Shown here piece by piece: positions 8,219-18,096 of a DNA stretch of 48,730 nucleotides (within the stretch, counting starts at the first letter, position 1; every line of letters begins with the position of its first letter). Origin of the DNA: a virus (lineage: Duplodnaviria > Heunggongvirae > Uroviricota > Caudoviricetes); the IMG/VR virus record IMGVR_UViG_3300012346_000137, positions 1-48,730 of that record. The stretch is one strand, 5' to 3'. Both the position numbers and the translations under genes were made by a program. A model generated the notes under the pieces. That model had not been told where the DNA came from. It did not search any database and saw only the letters and a list, made by a program, of their open reading frames with translations.

Positions 8219-10591
8219 ATGATTTTAGAAAAACAAACAGAAGCACACATTTTGCAAGAGGGAGAATCACAAGATTCAGTAAAAATGTCCCTAGACTTAG
8301 ATTCTGCACAGGTATTGATGCAGATGTTAAGTAAGAATTTATATTCAGACGCAATAGGCTCTACAATTAGAGAGTGTGCAAGTAATGCTTTAGACTCACA
8401 TAGAAGAGCAGGCACTACTGATCCAATTATTGTTTCATTTAAGAGAAACCACCAGTCAGACACCTATGAGTTTGCAGTTGAAGACTTTGGTATTGGTTTA
8501 GATGCAGATGATGTAGTTAACATTATCAGTAAGTATGGTAAATCAACCAAACGTGACAGCAACACAGAATTAGGTATGATGGGTCTTGGTTTCAAAGCTC
8601 CATTAGCTTATTCTTCTAGCTTTTATTTTGTTGCTAGAAAGAATGGAATGGAAAGAAAATACATGATGTATGAAGGTGAAGACACTAACACTATTGATCT
8701 GTTGTATGAAAAACCAACAGAAGAGAGAAATGGTGTAAAGGTGATTGTTCCAGTGGGTTATTATGATAAGGGTAACTTCAAGAAGAAGATTCAAGAACAA
8801 CTTGCTTATTTTGAGAGTGTGTACTTTGATGTAGATGCTCACATTGCAGGACCTGTAACAAATGATTTTACTATCGTAAGAGCAGAACATTTCCAGTTCT
8901 CCAGCATGGCTACTAATAGTTACATGCATATGTGTCTAGATAATGTTAGCTATCCTATTGACTGGGATAAACTTGGTATTAGAAGCATTGGTCTTCCTAT
9001 CGCTCTTAGATTTAGTTTGAGTGATGGATTATTCCCAACTCCTAACAGAGAGGCTATCAGATACACTAAAGAGGCTAAAGAAACAATTCTTAAGAAGCTT
9101 GAGGCTGTAGCTAATGTATTCATGGATAAGTACAATGAATCTATTTCTGATAGTGATGATCCAGTGGCTGTGTTGAATAGCTATAGAAACAGACAGAAGA
9201 CTATTCCTAGATTCTATTCTGCAGACAAAGGTTCAACAGTGACAATTGATGATTTGTTAGCTTATGCAACAACTCCTGCTAAACAGCCAAAGATTGTTGG
9301 TATTGAAAAGCTAGACTTAGCTCGTGTAGCTACACACTTACCAGATTATATGTTTGGTGAATGGAAATTGAAATATAAATACAACAATGGTAAATTTAGT
9401 GAAGCAAAGGGCTATTGGTCTGACTTCACCTATCATCTATTAGCTGGTGAAAGATATGGTGAATCTGGCATCACTTACATGTTCTCTGAGCAATTAGGTG
9501 TACGTAAGAAAAACTATCTAAGAAGTGTATTAGGTAATAGTCATAAAACAATTAACTTTGTTAAGTTTGATAAAGCTTTTGAATTAGGAGCTTTTGATGA
9601 CCAAGCAGGTTATGAGACTTATTATAGAATCTTAGAACTTAGAAAGTATCCTAAATCTCAATGGAGAGTGTTAATTCAGGAATTCCAGAAGTTGCTTAAG
9701 ATGTTCACTGACAAGTTCATTGATGCTGATGCTATAGAAATCCCTGAAGAATGGGTGCTTGAACAAAAGGCTAAACGTGCTAAGGTGTCTACAGCATCAC
9801 TTGTTCCAGGTCAGAAGAAGGTAAGACTTGCAGGAGAAATCTCTGTAAAGCTAGCATCTGATTTACAAGTGTATGTTAATGGACAGAATTGTAAGTTTGT
9901 TCCTAACACGTTCAAGATGGCTGAGTTGTACAAACATAAATGGTTAACTGTGTATGGTAAGGAAGAGAATCGTGATCAATTGGACAGACTCTATCATACC
10001 TTTAAATCACAAGTTAGATTTGGTATTGTATCTAATGCATCTTATGCTAACTTAGAAAAGGCTGAATTACATAACTGGATAAACATAGATAAATTTATGG
10101 AAGGAAAAAACAAACCATTCATGAGAATGGTTACTAGTATGATGGTAACACGTTTTGTTAGAGACAATAGTAATGTATTTAGTAAATTAGAAAGATTAGC
10201 ATATGTTTCTGAAGATCTTGCTAATAAGATGAGAAGTTTAAATGCTTACACATCAAAGAATCCTATTACAAGGACTAATCTAGATCAAGAAAATGTCTTA
10301 ACAGAATTTGCTATAGAAAACAAACTAGTTGATCCTGAAATTTATCCAACAATGTTAGAAGTGAAACAACTACTTGAGAAGTTGCCATTCATCGAAACAA
10401 TATCACGACATATTCCTAGCTATATTAGCTCTGATACTAAATCAGAAAAAGCAATCAATACAATGATAGCTGATTTATTTAAGTATCACAAACAAAAGGT
10501 GAACTTATCTTTCTACCCAAAGATGAATGAAGACAAGCCTTTAGAACAAGCGTTGACAGAAGAAACAATTAATCAATTACAAACAATTTAA
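8219..10591 (+). CDS. rIIA: rIIA-like protein (N-terminal GHKL ATPase)
   Basis: IRECASNALDSH, EDFGIG, GKSTK, GMMGLGFKAP; paired with rIIB-like gene. Confidence 0.8.
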   Translation: MILEKQTEAHILQEGESQDSVKMSLDLDSAQVLMQMLSKNLYSDAIGSTIRECASNALDSHRRAGTTDPIIVSFKRNHQSDTYEFAVEDFGIGLDADDVVNIISKYGKSTKRDSNTELGMMGLGFKAPLAYSSSFYFVARKNGMERKYMMYEGEDTNTIDLLYEKPTEERNGVKVIVPVGYYDKGNFKKKIQEQLAYFESVYFDVDAHIAGPVTNDFTIVRAEHFQFSSMATNSYMHMCLDNVSYPIDWDKLGIRSIGLPIALRFSLSDGLFPTPNREAIRYTKEAKETILKKLEAVANVFMDKYNESISDSDDPVAVLNSYRNRQKTIPRFYSADKGSTVTIDDLLAYATTPAKQPKIVGIEKLDLARVATHLPDYMFGEWKLKYKYNNGKFSEAKGYWSDFTYHLLAGERYGESGITYMFSEQLGVRKKNYLRSVLGNSHKTINFVKFDKAFELGAFDDQAGYETYYRILELRKYPKSQWRVLIQEFQKLLKMFTDKFIDADAIEIPEEWVLEQKAKRAKVSTASLVPGQKKVRLAGEISVKLASDLQVYVNGQNCKFVPNTFKMAELYKHKWLTVYGKEENRDQLDRLYHTFKSQVRFGIVSNASYANLEKAELHNWINIDKFMEGKNKPFMRMVTSMMVTRFVRDNSNVFSKLERLAYVSEDLANKMRSLNAYTSKNPITRTNLDQENVLTEFAIENKLVDPEIYPTMLEVKQLLEKLPFIETISRHIPSYISSDTKSEKAINTMIADLFKYHKQKVNLSFYPKMNEDKPLEQALTEETINQLQTI

Positions 10592-10601
10592 AACAAAAAA
10601 C

Positions 10602-12101
10602 ATGATAAGTTTAAAATGGTTCAAAAGTGCTATTGAACGCACAATCGAGAAAGTAGTAGAAAACAAAATAGATCAGGCATTTGATGCATTAGATAAAGAA
10701 GAGGGGGCTCAATCCCCTTCTTCATATCAATGGACATCAACTACCACTGATTACACTACACCAATGGCAAGTAAGCCTTATCTAAACATTAAATTGGTTA
10801 ATGACAACTTAACTATTATAATGCAAGATGGTTCTATTCTGACTAAGTCTCCAGCAACATCTGAGGACTTTAATGCTGCTAGAGCCTGTACATCTGAAGC
10901 TTGTCTACTTGATCTTGTAAGTTCTCCAGAAGTGAGAGAAGAAAGAAAGAAAGCAGAAGCTGAGTATGAGAAAGCTAGGGCTATCAAGAAAGGTGTAGAG
11001 TATTTATCTACATTGAATGAGTTTGAGATGAAAGATGGTTCTTTGTACTTAAAAGGTATCAATAGAAGTTTACCTCCTATTCTTGTAGAAGAATTCTTAG
11101 AAGTGGTTGGTAAACATGGTAACACAGATAACGATGAGTTTCAATCACTTAAGCGTTTCTTTATGTGGTGTTGCTTGAACCCAAGAGCTGAAGTGGCACA
11201 TGAGTTATATCGCTTCTTAAAGGATAATAGCTTTAGAATCACTAAGCAGGGCTTCTTTGTAGCATTGCGTAATGTTGTAACATTACATGGTTCTAATGAA
11301 CTAGTTCAGTTTGTATCTAATGCATACAACAAAATCAAGGCTGTATGGAAGAAGAAACCAGATGATTATTTTGTATTCTTACAAAATGGTGAATACAAGA
11401 TAGTGCACAAAGATAACATTTCTAGAGAAGAAACTGAAGCTTGTGATTATTGCGAAGGTGATGGGTTTACACTAGATTTCGATGGTGATTCAATGACATG
11501 TGATGTATGTGATGGTACTGGTGAAATTACCCATTACTATGATAACGATCATGGTGAAAACATTGGTAACTTAACTGAGTTATACCTTGACTTACCTAAC
11601 AGAGCTGAGAACAGATTCACAGACGACTGGACAAAGACATTTGACATTCGTATTGGTAGACCTGTAAATATGCCTATGGAGCAATGTAACTGGAGTACAC
11701 AAGATTGTGCAGCTGCAGGTTTACACTTCACATCTGATCAAATCCACTATGTAGGTTGTGGTGATACATCTGTATTAATCCTAATCAATCCTATGAAGGT
11801 GGTTGGTATTGGTCAACATAAAGGTAGATGCTATGAGTATTTACCAATTATGACTGTACCTCGTGAAGAAGCTACTAGCATCTTACATGACTTAGAGTTT
11901 GACACTCTTGAGTTAGACGAGTCTTATGCTGTACGTGAATTAGATGGTCTTGTAGAAAAAGCTAAACAAGGTTTTGCTACAGAGTCTAAGAAGTACAACT
12001 TCAACTTGCCTGCATTATCAACTGTAGATGTAATTAATATTGTTAGAAGTCTTGATGAAATTAAAGATGAAATTTCTAAAAGAATCGTAACTTTAGATTA
12101 A
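10602..12101 (+). CDS. rIIB: rIIB-like protein with CxxCxGxG insertion
   Basis: LNPRAEVAHELYRFL, ITKQGFFVALRNV, CAAAGLHF, LINPMKVV..GRCYEY; follows rIIA. Confidence 0.75.
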   Translation: MISLKWFKSAIERTIEKVVENKIDQAFDALDKEEGAQSPSSYQWTSTTTDYTTPMASKPYLNIKLVNDNLTIIMQDGSILTKSPATSEDFNAARACTSEACLLDLVSSPEVREERKKAEAEYEKARAIKKGVEYLSTLNEFEMKDGSLYLKGINRSLPPILVEEFLEVVGKHGNTDNDEFQSLKRFFMWCCLNPRAEVAHELYRFLKDNSFRITKQGFFVALRNVVTLHGSNELVQFVSNAYNKIKAVWKKKPDDYFVFLQNGEYKIVHKDNISREETEACDYCEGDGFTLDFDGDSMTCDVCDGTGEITHYYDNDHGENIGNLTELYLDLPNRAENRFTDDWTKTFDIRIGRPVNMPMEQCNWSTQDCAAAGLHFTSDQIHYVGCGDTSVLILINPMKVVGIGQHKGRCYEYLPIMTVPREEATSILHDLEFDTLELDESYAVRELDGLVEKAKQGFATESKKYNFNLPALSTVDVINIVRSLDEIKDEISKRIVTLD

Positions 12102-12107
12102 CTTTGT

Positions 12108-12133
12108 AAACCCAGGGAGAAATCCCTGGGTTT
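12108..12133 (+). terminator. Intrinsic terminator (possibly bidirectional)
   Basis: Perfect AAACCCAGGGA-GAAA-TCCCTGGGTTT hairpin. Confidence 0.8.
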
Positions 12134-12149
12134 ATTTAAATTATTACAT

Positions 12150-12542
12150 ATGGCAGTCAAGAAAAAGAGGGCTACTAAACGAGTTAAAACAGTTAAGCCC
12201 AGAAACGCTGGAACAATGACTGAATCTGCATTTTGGAGTTTTATTAGGAGTGGATTGAGACAGAAGTCTAGATGGTGGAAACCTATCACTGAATGTAAGC
12301 TAGCAGCTAAACGTGCATATAAGGGTACCAACAAAAGACAGAAGTTTGAATACCAATGTAATCAGTGTAAAAGCTGGTTCCCTGAGAAACAAATTAATGT
12401 TGATCACATTGAGCCTGCAGGAAGTTTAAATTGTGCTGCAGATCTACCTGGATTTGTAGAGAGACTATTCTGTGAACAAGACAATTTACAAGTGCTATGT
12501 GAAGCTTGTCATGACATTAAAACAAAAAATGAAAAGAAATGA
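12150..12542 (+). CDS. HNH endonuclease
   Basis: CNQC, VDHI, NLQVLCEACH. Confidence 0.85.
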   Translation: MAVKKKRATKRVKTVKPRNAGTMTESAFWSFIRSGLRQKSRWWKPITECKLAAKRAYKGTNKRQKFEYQCNQCKSWFPEKQINVDHIEPAGSLNCAADLPGFVERLFCEQDNLQVLCEACHDIKTKNEKK

Positions 12543-12763
12543 ACGAAGAAGAATTAGGTTGGTTAAAAGTAATCTTTTCATATATAATGAATCAGATTGA
12601 GCCACAAAAAAGTATACCTCTTGATCATCTAAAAAGTCTAAATATTACTGATTTAGATGCTATAACAGAAGACATGTTTGAAGAAATAGTGTATACTAAG
12701 GACGATCTTCAAGCAATGAGAGAAGCATTAAATGACATAATCATTAAATTTGAACAGAGATGA
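12539..12763 (+). CDS. Hypothetical protein
   Basis: ATGA-coupled ORF. Confidence 0.6.
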   Translation: MNEEELGWLKVIFSYIMNQIEPQKSIPLDHLKSLNITDLDAITEDMFEEIVYTKDDLQAMREALNDIIIKFEQR

Positions 12764-13011
12764 TACATACAGAAAGAACCAAGATATATGAAGGTAACAT
12801 AGATGTCCCTGAAATGTATATAATGAAAGCTGCTAGAGCTCAGACTGGTTTAAAGCTTGAACACAAGGGAAAGTTTATGGAACTTACTTATGCACAATTA
12901 ACTGATAAACTTGTAAGAAGACAGTATTACATACCTAAAGATAAAGATTCAAAAGGTAAACGTAAAGCTGGATATTACTTGTACATCTATAAATGGAAAC
13001 CAATAAAATAA
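12760..13011 (+). CDS. Hypothetical basic protein
   Basis: ATGA-coupled ORF. Confidence 0.6.
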   Translation: MIHTERTKIYEGNIDVPEMYIMKAARAQTGLKLEHKGKFMELTYAQLTDKLVRRQYYIPKDKDSKGKRKAGYYLYIYKWKPIK

Positions 13012-13017
13012 AATAAA

Positions 13018-13401
13018 ATGGATTTAAAAAACGAAGCATTACGTAGGAACTACGATGCTGTATTAAAGAGTGGAATGTTCTTTGAATGGTATCCACAACT
13101 AACAGGTGAATGGGAGAAAGACTCTGAAGCCTGGGGTAAAATATTTAATAAAGTTCCTAAGGAAGAACCACAAGTGAGAGTTGAGATTCAAAAGACTCCA
13201 TCTTTCACAGAGGTTTGGTATGAAGGAGCAGTGGTATTCAAAGGAGAAACACATCAGTTCTGGTTGATTAGTCCAGAAGGTGTTGATCCTCATGGAAATG
13301 AATATGAAATAGAAGTGAGGTGGTTCTTTGCTAGAGTACCAAGAGAAATTAGGGCTATGCACCCTTATATTGTTGACACATTTAAAACAAGAAACAAATG
13401 A
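13018..13401 (+). CDS. Hypothetical protein
   Basis: Co-linear ORF, A-rich upstream. Confidence 0.65.
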   Translation: MDLKNEALRRNYDAVLKSGMFFEWYPQLTGEWEKDSEAWGKIFNKVPKEEPQVRVEIQKTPSFTEVWYEGAVVFKGETHQFWLISPEGVDPHGNEYEIEVRWFFARVPREIRAMHPYIVDTFKTRNK

Positions 13402-14438
13402 TACAGGGACAAAAAACAGAGGCAGTTTACAGAGCAGTCTATTTAGATAGCAGCTCAAGCTTAAAAGACTTCTCCATGGATAGGAAGAAGTATTACAAGA
13501 AATACATATTGAATGAGTTTGTAGAAGACGAAGACTCTAAAGCAGCAACTACAGGTAGAATAGTGGAGACATTGCTATTAGAGCCTGAAGAGTTCGATAA
13601 CAGATTCTATCTATCTTCTTGTGCTAGTACACCAACTGGATTAATGTTAGAATTCGTAGAGGCTTTATACAAGCACACTAAGGATGCAACTAACGAAGAT
13701 GGTTTAGTTACAAGAGAGATGCAAGATATCATCCAGGACGCTTATGTTGATTCAGGGTTCAAGATTAAATTGGAAGCTGTGTTAGCAAAGTTCAATGACT
13801 CAGAAGCAGAACTATATTACAAGGAAATCAGAGAGGTTAGATCTAGAAGACTAACAGTTGTGACTACTAAAGAAATAGAGAATGCTGAGAAGATTGTAAC
13901 AGAGCTGAAGAGTAACATTGTCACTGCAGAGATTGTAAACAAGGTGAATAGCATGAGATATAGTGTATTCAACCAGTTGCAGATTGAGGGCTATGATGTG
14001 TTTGGTCATACATTTAAGTCTATGTTAGACAAAGTGATTGTAGATCATGACAAGAAAACAGTTCAAGTGATTGACTTGAAGTGTACATGGTCTGTAGAGA
14101 ATTTCTATAACGAGTATTATTTGTACAGAAGAGCATACATTCAAGGATATTTGTATCATGAAGCTGCAGGGTTCTGGGCAAGTGAAATGGGTTATGGTGA
14201 TTACACTATTCTATATCCTCAATTTATGGTTTGTGACAGCACTAACTACATGAATCCATTGATTTATCAAATGTCTGATGAAAACATGCAAGATGCAATG
14301 AATGGGTTTGAGTACAAAGGAAGAGAGTATTCAGGTGTTAGACAGTTGATTCAAGACCTTAAATGGGCTTTAGAGCACGACAAATGGAACATCTCTAGAG
14401 AGAATTATATTAATAATGGTGTAGTAAAATTAGGCTAA
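13398..14438 (+). CDS. PD-(D/E)XK nuclease (RecE/ExoVIII-like)
   Basis: KSMLDKVIVD...VIDLKCT, YIQGYLY. Confidence 0.8.
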   Translation: MIQGQKTEAVYRAVYLDSSSSLKDFSMDRKKYYKKYILNEFVEDEDSKAATTGRIVETLLLEPEEFDNRFYLSSCASTPTGLMLEFVEALYKHTKDATNEDGLVTREMQDIIQDAYVDSGFKIKLEAVLAKFNDSEAELYYKEIREVRSRRLTVVTTKEIENAEKIVTELKSNIVTAEIVNKVNSMRYSVFNQLQIEGYDVFGHTFKSMLDKVIVDHDKKTVQVIDLKCTWSVENFYNEYYLYRRAYIQGYLYHEAAGFWASEMGYGDYTILYPQFMVCDSTNYMNPLIYQMSDENMQDAMNGFEYKGREYSGVRQLIQDLKWALEHDKWNISRENYINNGVVKLG

Positions 14439-14986
14439 TGAAGTTACAGAAAACAATAACTACTATATTTATGGTCCCCACTTTAAGTATATCTAGAGAT
14501 AAATTGACAGCTAATAATTTCATTAATGGTTATATTAAAGATTCAAGAAGAGAGGTGCAGTATGATAACTGCATCTATCTTCTATTTAAACCTGAGAACT
14601 TAGATAATTTTAGAGATTTTCTTGATGAAGAGTATGAACGAACAAAGTCTATTGTAGATGATTATGATTACGAAGATGGATATGTTGTGGTAGTTTATAC
14701 TTTGAATTCTAGACTATCAGAAGACTTTGAACTGATTAAACAGAGCAAATATTCTAAAACTTCACCTAAGTTTCAGGAAATATTTCCTAAAATAGTTAAA
14801 GATGGTCCTCAAAAAGGTAACATAGGTCTCCAGTATAGAATATTTAATAAAACTGAAGACTTGAAAAATTATTGGGAAGACATATTAGACATGTCATTAG
14901 ACGAAAGCTCTGATATAGAATACTGGCAAGGTTTCTTTGAAGAAAACGAAACATTAAATCTAGAAAAAATTAAAGAACATGTTTAA
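14438..14986 (+). CDS. Hypothetical protein
   Basis: TAATG-coupled to nuclease. Confidence 0.7.
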   Translation: MKLQKTITTIFMVPTLSISRDKLTANNFINGYIKDSRREVQYDNCIYLLFKPENLDNFRDFLDEEYERTKSIVDDYDYEDGYVVVVYTLNSRLSEDFELIKQSKYSKTSPKFQEIFPKIVKDGPQKGNIGLQYRIFNKTEDLKNYWEDILDMSLDESSDIEYWQGFFEENETLNLEKIKEHV

Positions 14987-15182
14987 TCAACAAATTTTAG
15001 ACCATTTAATTAAAAAATATGGTAAAGAAAAGACAACGCTCTTCTGTGAAATGGAGAGTGAAAGGAACGCTTTGTTATACAACGAGGTGGAAAAAGACAA
15101 TAAGCACTACCCAGAACCAAACGAATGGCAATTTGAAAGGGACTGGTGGGCTGAGAGTGGTAAACAATTAAAACAACGATAA
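14979..15182 (+). CDS. Hypothetical protein
   Basis: Overlapping co-linear ORF. Confidence 0.6.
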   Translation: MFNQQILDHLIKKYGKEKTTLFCEMESERNALLYNEVEKDNKHYPEPNEWQFERDWWAESGKQLKQR

Positions 15183-15562
15183 TGAAAGCACAAGAATTAT
15201 TTGAAAAGTATCCTAAAGCAGCTGAAGTTGTTATTAGCCATTATGCTGATACATTTGTTAAATCTATAGAAGAGTCAGATACTCCTGAGGAATTCAAAGA
15301 GTTTGCTAGACAACAACGTGTTGATGATCACTATGTTGCAGAATTTATTGACAATAACCCTAGGGGAGCATTTGATGTATTTGATGCTAATAAGATTTAC
15401 ATCACTACTCCTGTATCTATGATAGATGGCTATTTTAGTTGGAAGATATCTGTAGATGAACAAGTTTATGAGCATGAAAATGCAGAATATCTTGAAAATA
15501 GAAAGCTGGCTGAAGCTGCAGCTATAGAAAAAGCATTTGAAATCTTAAATGAAAAGTTATGA
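15182..15562 (+). CDS. Hypothetical protein
   Basis: TAATG-coupled; C-terminal RKLAEAAAIEKAFEIL. Confidence 0.65.
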   Translation: MKAQELFEKYPKAAEVVISHYADTFVKSIEESDTPEEFKEFARQQRVDDHYVAEFIDNNPRGAFDVFDANKIYITTPVSMIDGYFSWKISVDEQVYEHENAEYLENRKLAEAAAIEKAFEILNEKL

Positions 15563-15810
15563 GTGATCAAATAGTATTAGAGGTTATAGAGAAGTATGCT
15601 AAGCGTAGTGAGATAGGAATTACCAAGTATGGTACCACCCTAGAAACTAACAATAAGGATAACTATCTTCAACATCTACAAGAGGAGTTGATGGATGCTA
15701 CCCTGTACATTCAAAAACTTATTGACCAAAATAAGGAAATAACTAAGTTAGTTAAAAACCATTCAAACGATGCTGAATTAGGTGCTAAAATTAGAGCCCT
15801 AATTAACTAA
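15559..15810 (+). CDS. Possible MazG-like all-alpha NTP pyrophosphohydrolase
   Basis: KRSEIGITKYG...LQHLQEELMDATLY; EExxD acidic motif; upstream of RNR. Confidence 0.4.
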   Translation: MSDQIVLEVIEKYAKRSEIGITKYGTTLETNNKDNYLQHLQEELMDATLYIQKLIDQNKEITKLVKNHSNDAELGAKIRALIN

Positions 15811-15838
15811 TTTAGTTAGACAATATTTTTCAATTTAC

Positions 15839-15869
15839 TTGGATTATAAAAATGGGGGTTGTATATTTG
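15839..15869 (+). promoter_or_regulatory. Bacteroidota-type sigma70 promoter for RNR
   Basis: TTG(15839-41)-N20-TATATTTG(15862-69). Confidence 0.7.
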
Positions 15870-15884
15870 CAACCCTCATTTTTT
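15848..15884 (+). terminator. Hairpin/terminator whose loop is the -7 box
   Basis: AAAAATGGGGGTTG-TATATTTG-CAACCCTCATTTTTT. Confidence 0.65.
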
Positions 15885-15904
15885 AACTAAAAAACACAAT
15901 AAAT

Positions 15905-17758
15905 ATGGACTTAGGATTAGATGCCTTGGGAAAGATTACAGTGTTCAGCAAATACGCTAAACACATCCCAGAATTACAAAGAAGAGAAACCTGGAACGAG
16001 ATCGTTGACAGGTATGAAGAGATGATGATTAAGAAGTATCCTAGTCTATCAGAAGCAATTACAGAGAGTGCAAAGTTTATCAGAGAGAAGAAGGTTTTGC
16101 CTTCAATGAGAGCTTTGCAGTTTGCAGGTCCAGCAATGGAAGTGAATAACGCAAGAGGTTACAACTGTGCCTACCTACCAGTGGATAGTTTATATAGTTT
16201 CAGTGAGACTATGTTCTTATTGTTAGGTGGTTCAGGTGTAGGTTTCTCAGTGCAGAAACACCACGTTGCTCAATTACCTGCTATTAAGAAACAAGAGAAC
16301 TACAGACAGCGTAACTTCCTTATTGAGGATAGTATCATGGGCTGGGCTGATGCTGTAAAGGTGCTTATGAAGTTCTACTTTGAAGGTGGTACAAAACCTA
16401 AGTTTGACTTTAGAGCTATCAGACACAAAGGAGCTAGATTAGTAACTGCAGGTGGTAAAGCACCAGGACCAGAACCATTAAAGATCTGCTTGTCACACAT
16501 TGAAGCTATCATGGAACGTAAGGCAGATGGTGAGAAACTATCTCCATTAGAAGCTCATGATATCATGTGCCACATTGCTAACTCAGTGCTAGCTGGTGGT
16601 ATCAGAAGAAGTGCTATGATTAGTCTCTTCAGCCATGATGATGAGGAAATGATTACATGTAAGTATGGTAACTGGTGGGAATTGAACGAACAAAGAGGAC
16701 GTTCTAACAACTCAGCTGTGCTTAAGAGAGGTGAAGTGAGTGAGGAAGAATTCATGGCATTATGGAAAAGAATTGAAGCATCAGGAAGTGGTGAACCAGG
16801 AATCTATTGGTCTAATGACCTAGATTGGGGTACTAATCCTTGTTGTGAAATAGGTCTTCGACCTTTCCAGTTCTGTAACCTATGTGAGGTGAATGTATCT
16901 GATGTTGTTGACCAAAAGGATCTTAATGATCGTGTAGGTGTAGCAGCGTTCTTTGGTACATTACAAGCAGGATTCTTTGACTTCCATTACTTACGTCCTA
17001 TCTGGCAGAAGACAACACAAAAAGATGCTCTCTTAGGCATAGGAATGACAGGTATTGGTAGTGGAGAAATCCTTAAATATGATTTAGAAGCAGCTGCAGA
17101 GATAGCTAAGATTACTAATCAGTTAATTAGCAACAAGATTGGCACTAATGAAGCAGCTCGTGTTACATGTATTAAGCCTAGTGGTACAACATCATTAGTG
17201 TTAGGTACAGCTTCAGGTATTCATGCATGGCATGCTCCTTATTACTTACGTACAATGAGATTTAATAAGAATGAAGCTATTGCACAATACTTGATGATTA
17301 ATCACCCAGAGTTGTGTGAAGATGATGTATTACGTCCTACAGACACAGTTTGTGTACGTATTCCAGTTAAAGCTCCAGAAGGATCTATCTTTAGAACTGA
17401 ATCTCCAATAGACACATTAGAACGTGTTAAGAGATTCTCTACAGAGTGGGTTAAAAAAGGACACATCAATGGAGCTAATACACATAACGTAAGTGCTACA
17501 ATTTCTATTGATAAAGAATGGGAAGAAGTAGGCACATGGATGTGGGAGAATAGAGAGGTGTACAATGGTTTGTCTGTATTGCCATTCTTTGGTGGTACAT
17601 ATAAGCAAGCTCCTTTCGAGGATATTACAGAAGAAGAATACAATACACGTATTGCTTCTGTAAAGGAAATTGATTTAAAGAATGTGATAGAAATGGATGA
17701 CAACGTTGACTTTGGTCAAGTTGCAGCGTGTGCAGGTGGAGCCTGTGAAGTACAATAA
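15905..17758 (+). CDS. nrdJ: Class II (AdoCbl-dependent, monomeric RTPR-type) ribonucleotide reductase
   Basis: YNCAY, GTNPCCEI, FCNLCEVN, TCIKPSGT, C-terminal ACAGGACE; no beta-subunit gene adjacent. Confidence 0.9.
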   Translation: MDLGLDALGKITVFSKYAKHIPELQRRETWNEIVDRYEEMMIKKYPSLSEAITESAKFIREKKVLPSMRALQFAGPAMEVNNARGYNCAYLPVDSLYSFSETMFLLLGGSGVGFSVQKHHVAQLPAIKKQENYRQRNFLIEDSIMGWADAVKVLMKFYFEGGTKPKFDFRAIRHKGARLVTAGGKAPGPEPLKICLSHIEAIMERKADGEKLSPLEAHDIMCHIANSVLAGGIRRSAMISLFSHDDEEMITCKYGNWWELNEQRGRSNNSAVLKRGEVSEEEFMALWKRIEASGSGEPGIYWSNDLDWGTNPCCEIGLRPFQFCNLCEVNVSDVVDQKDLNDRVGVAAFFGTLQAGFFDFHYLRPIWQKTTQKDALLGIGMTGIGSGEILKYDLEAAAEIAKITNQLISNKIGTNEAARVTCIKPSGTTSLVLGTASGIHAWHAPYYLRTMRFNKNEAIAQYLMINHPELCEDDVLRPTDTVCVRIPVKAPEGSIFRTESPIDTLERVKRFSTEWVKKGHINGANTHNVSATISIDKEWEEVGTWMWENREVYNGLSVLPFFGGTYKQAPFEDITEEEYNTRIASVKEIDLKNVIEMDDNVDFGQVAACAGGACEVQ

Positions 17759-17759
17759 T

Positions 17760-17939
17760 ATGGAAAAGAAAGAATTCATAAAAAACGTACATTACTATTT
17801 GGAGGAGGGCAGAGTGGTATTCACTGCCCTCCAACATATAGAGCGTGGCTATTGTTGTGGGAACAACTGTAGACACTGTCCTTATGAGCCAAAGGCTATA
17901 AAAGGAAACAAAATATTAGCAAATGATAAAAAAAGTTAA
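17760..17939 (+). CDS. DUF5522-like Cys-rich protein
   Basis: RGYCCGNNCRHCPY; ATG17760 two nt after RNR stop. Confidence 0.7.
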   Translation: MEKKEFIKNVHYYLEEGRVVFTALQHIERGYCCGNNCRHCPYEPKAIKGNKILANDKKS

Positions 17940-18002
17940 AATATTTTGCAATTCTATGCATTTATTTGCATAGTTTTGCCACCTCTGTTTTTTGTTAATT
18001 AA

Positions 18003-18039
18003 AGCCCCTGGTGTTTCTACATTGGGGGCTAATTTTTTT
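18003..18039 (+). terminator. Intrinsic terminator
   Basis: AGCCCCTGGTGT-TTCT-ACATTGGGGGCT plus T7. Confidence 0.7.
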
Positions 18040-18048
18040 ATAAAAAAC

Positions 18049-18079
18049 TTGGTGCATTGGTAGTAATTTCTTAAATTTG
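18049..18079 (+). promoter_or_regulatory. Bacteroidota-type promoter for recA operon
   Basis: TTG(18049-51)-N20-TAAATTTG(18072-79). Confidence 0.7.
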
Positions 18080-18096
18080 TATATAAATTAACAAAC

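Noticed and set aside
12150-12542. HNH gene as a second homing element
   Set aside because: No target duplication or interrupted gene seen; it sits as the first gene after a terminator in a normal operon
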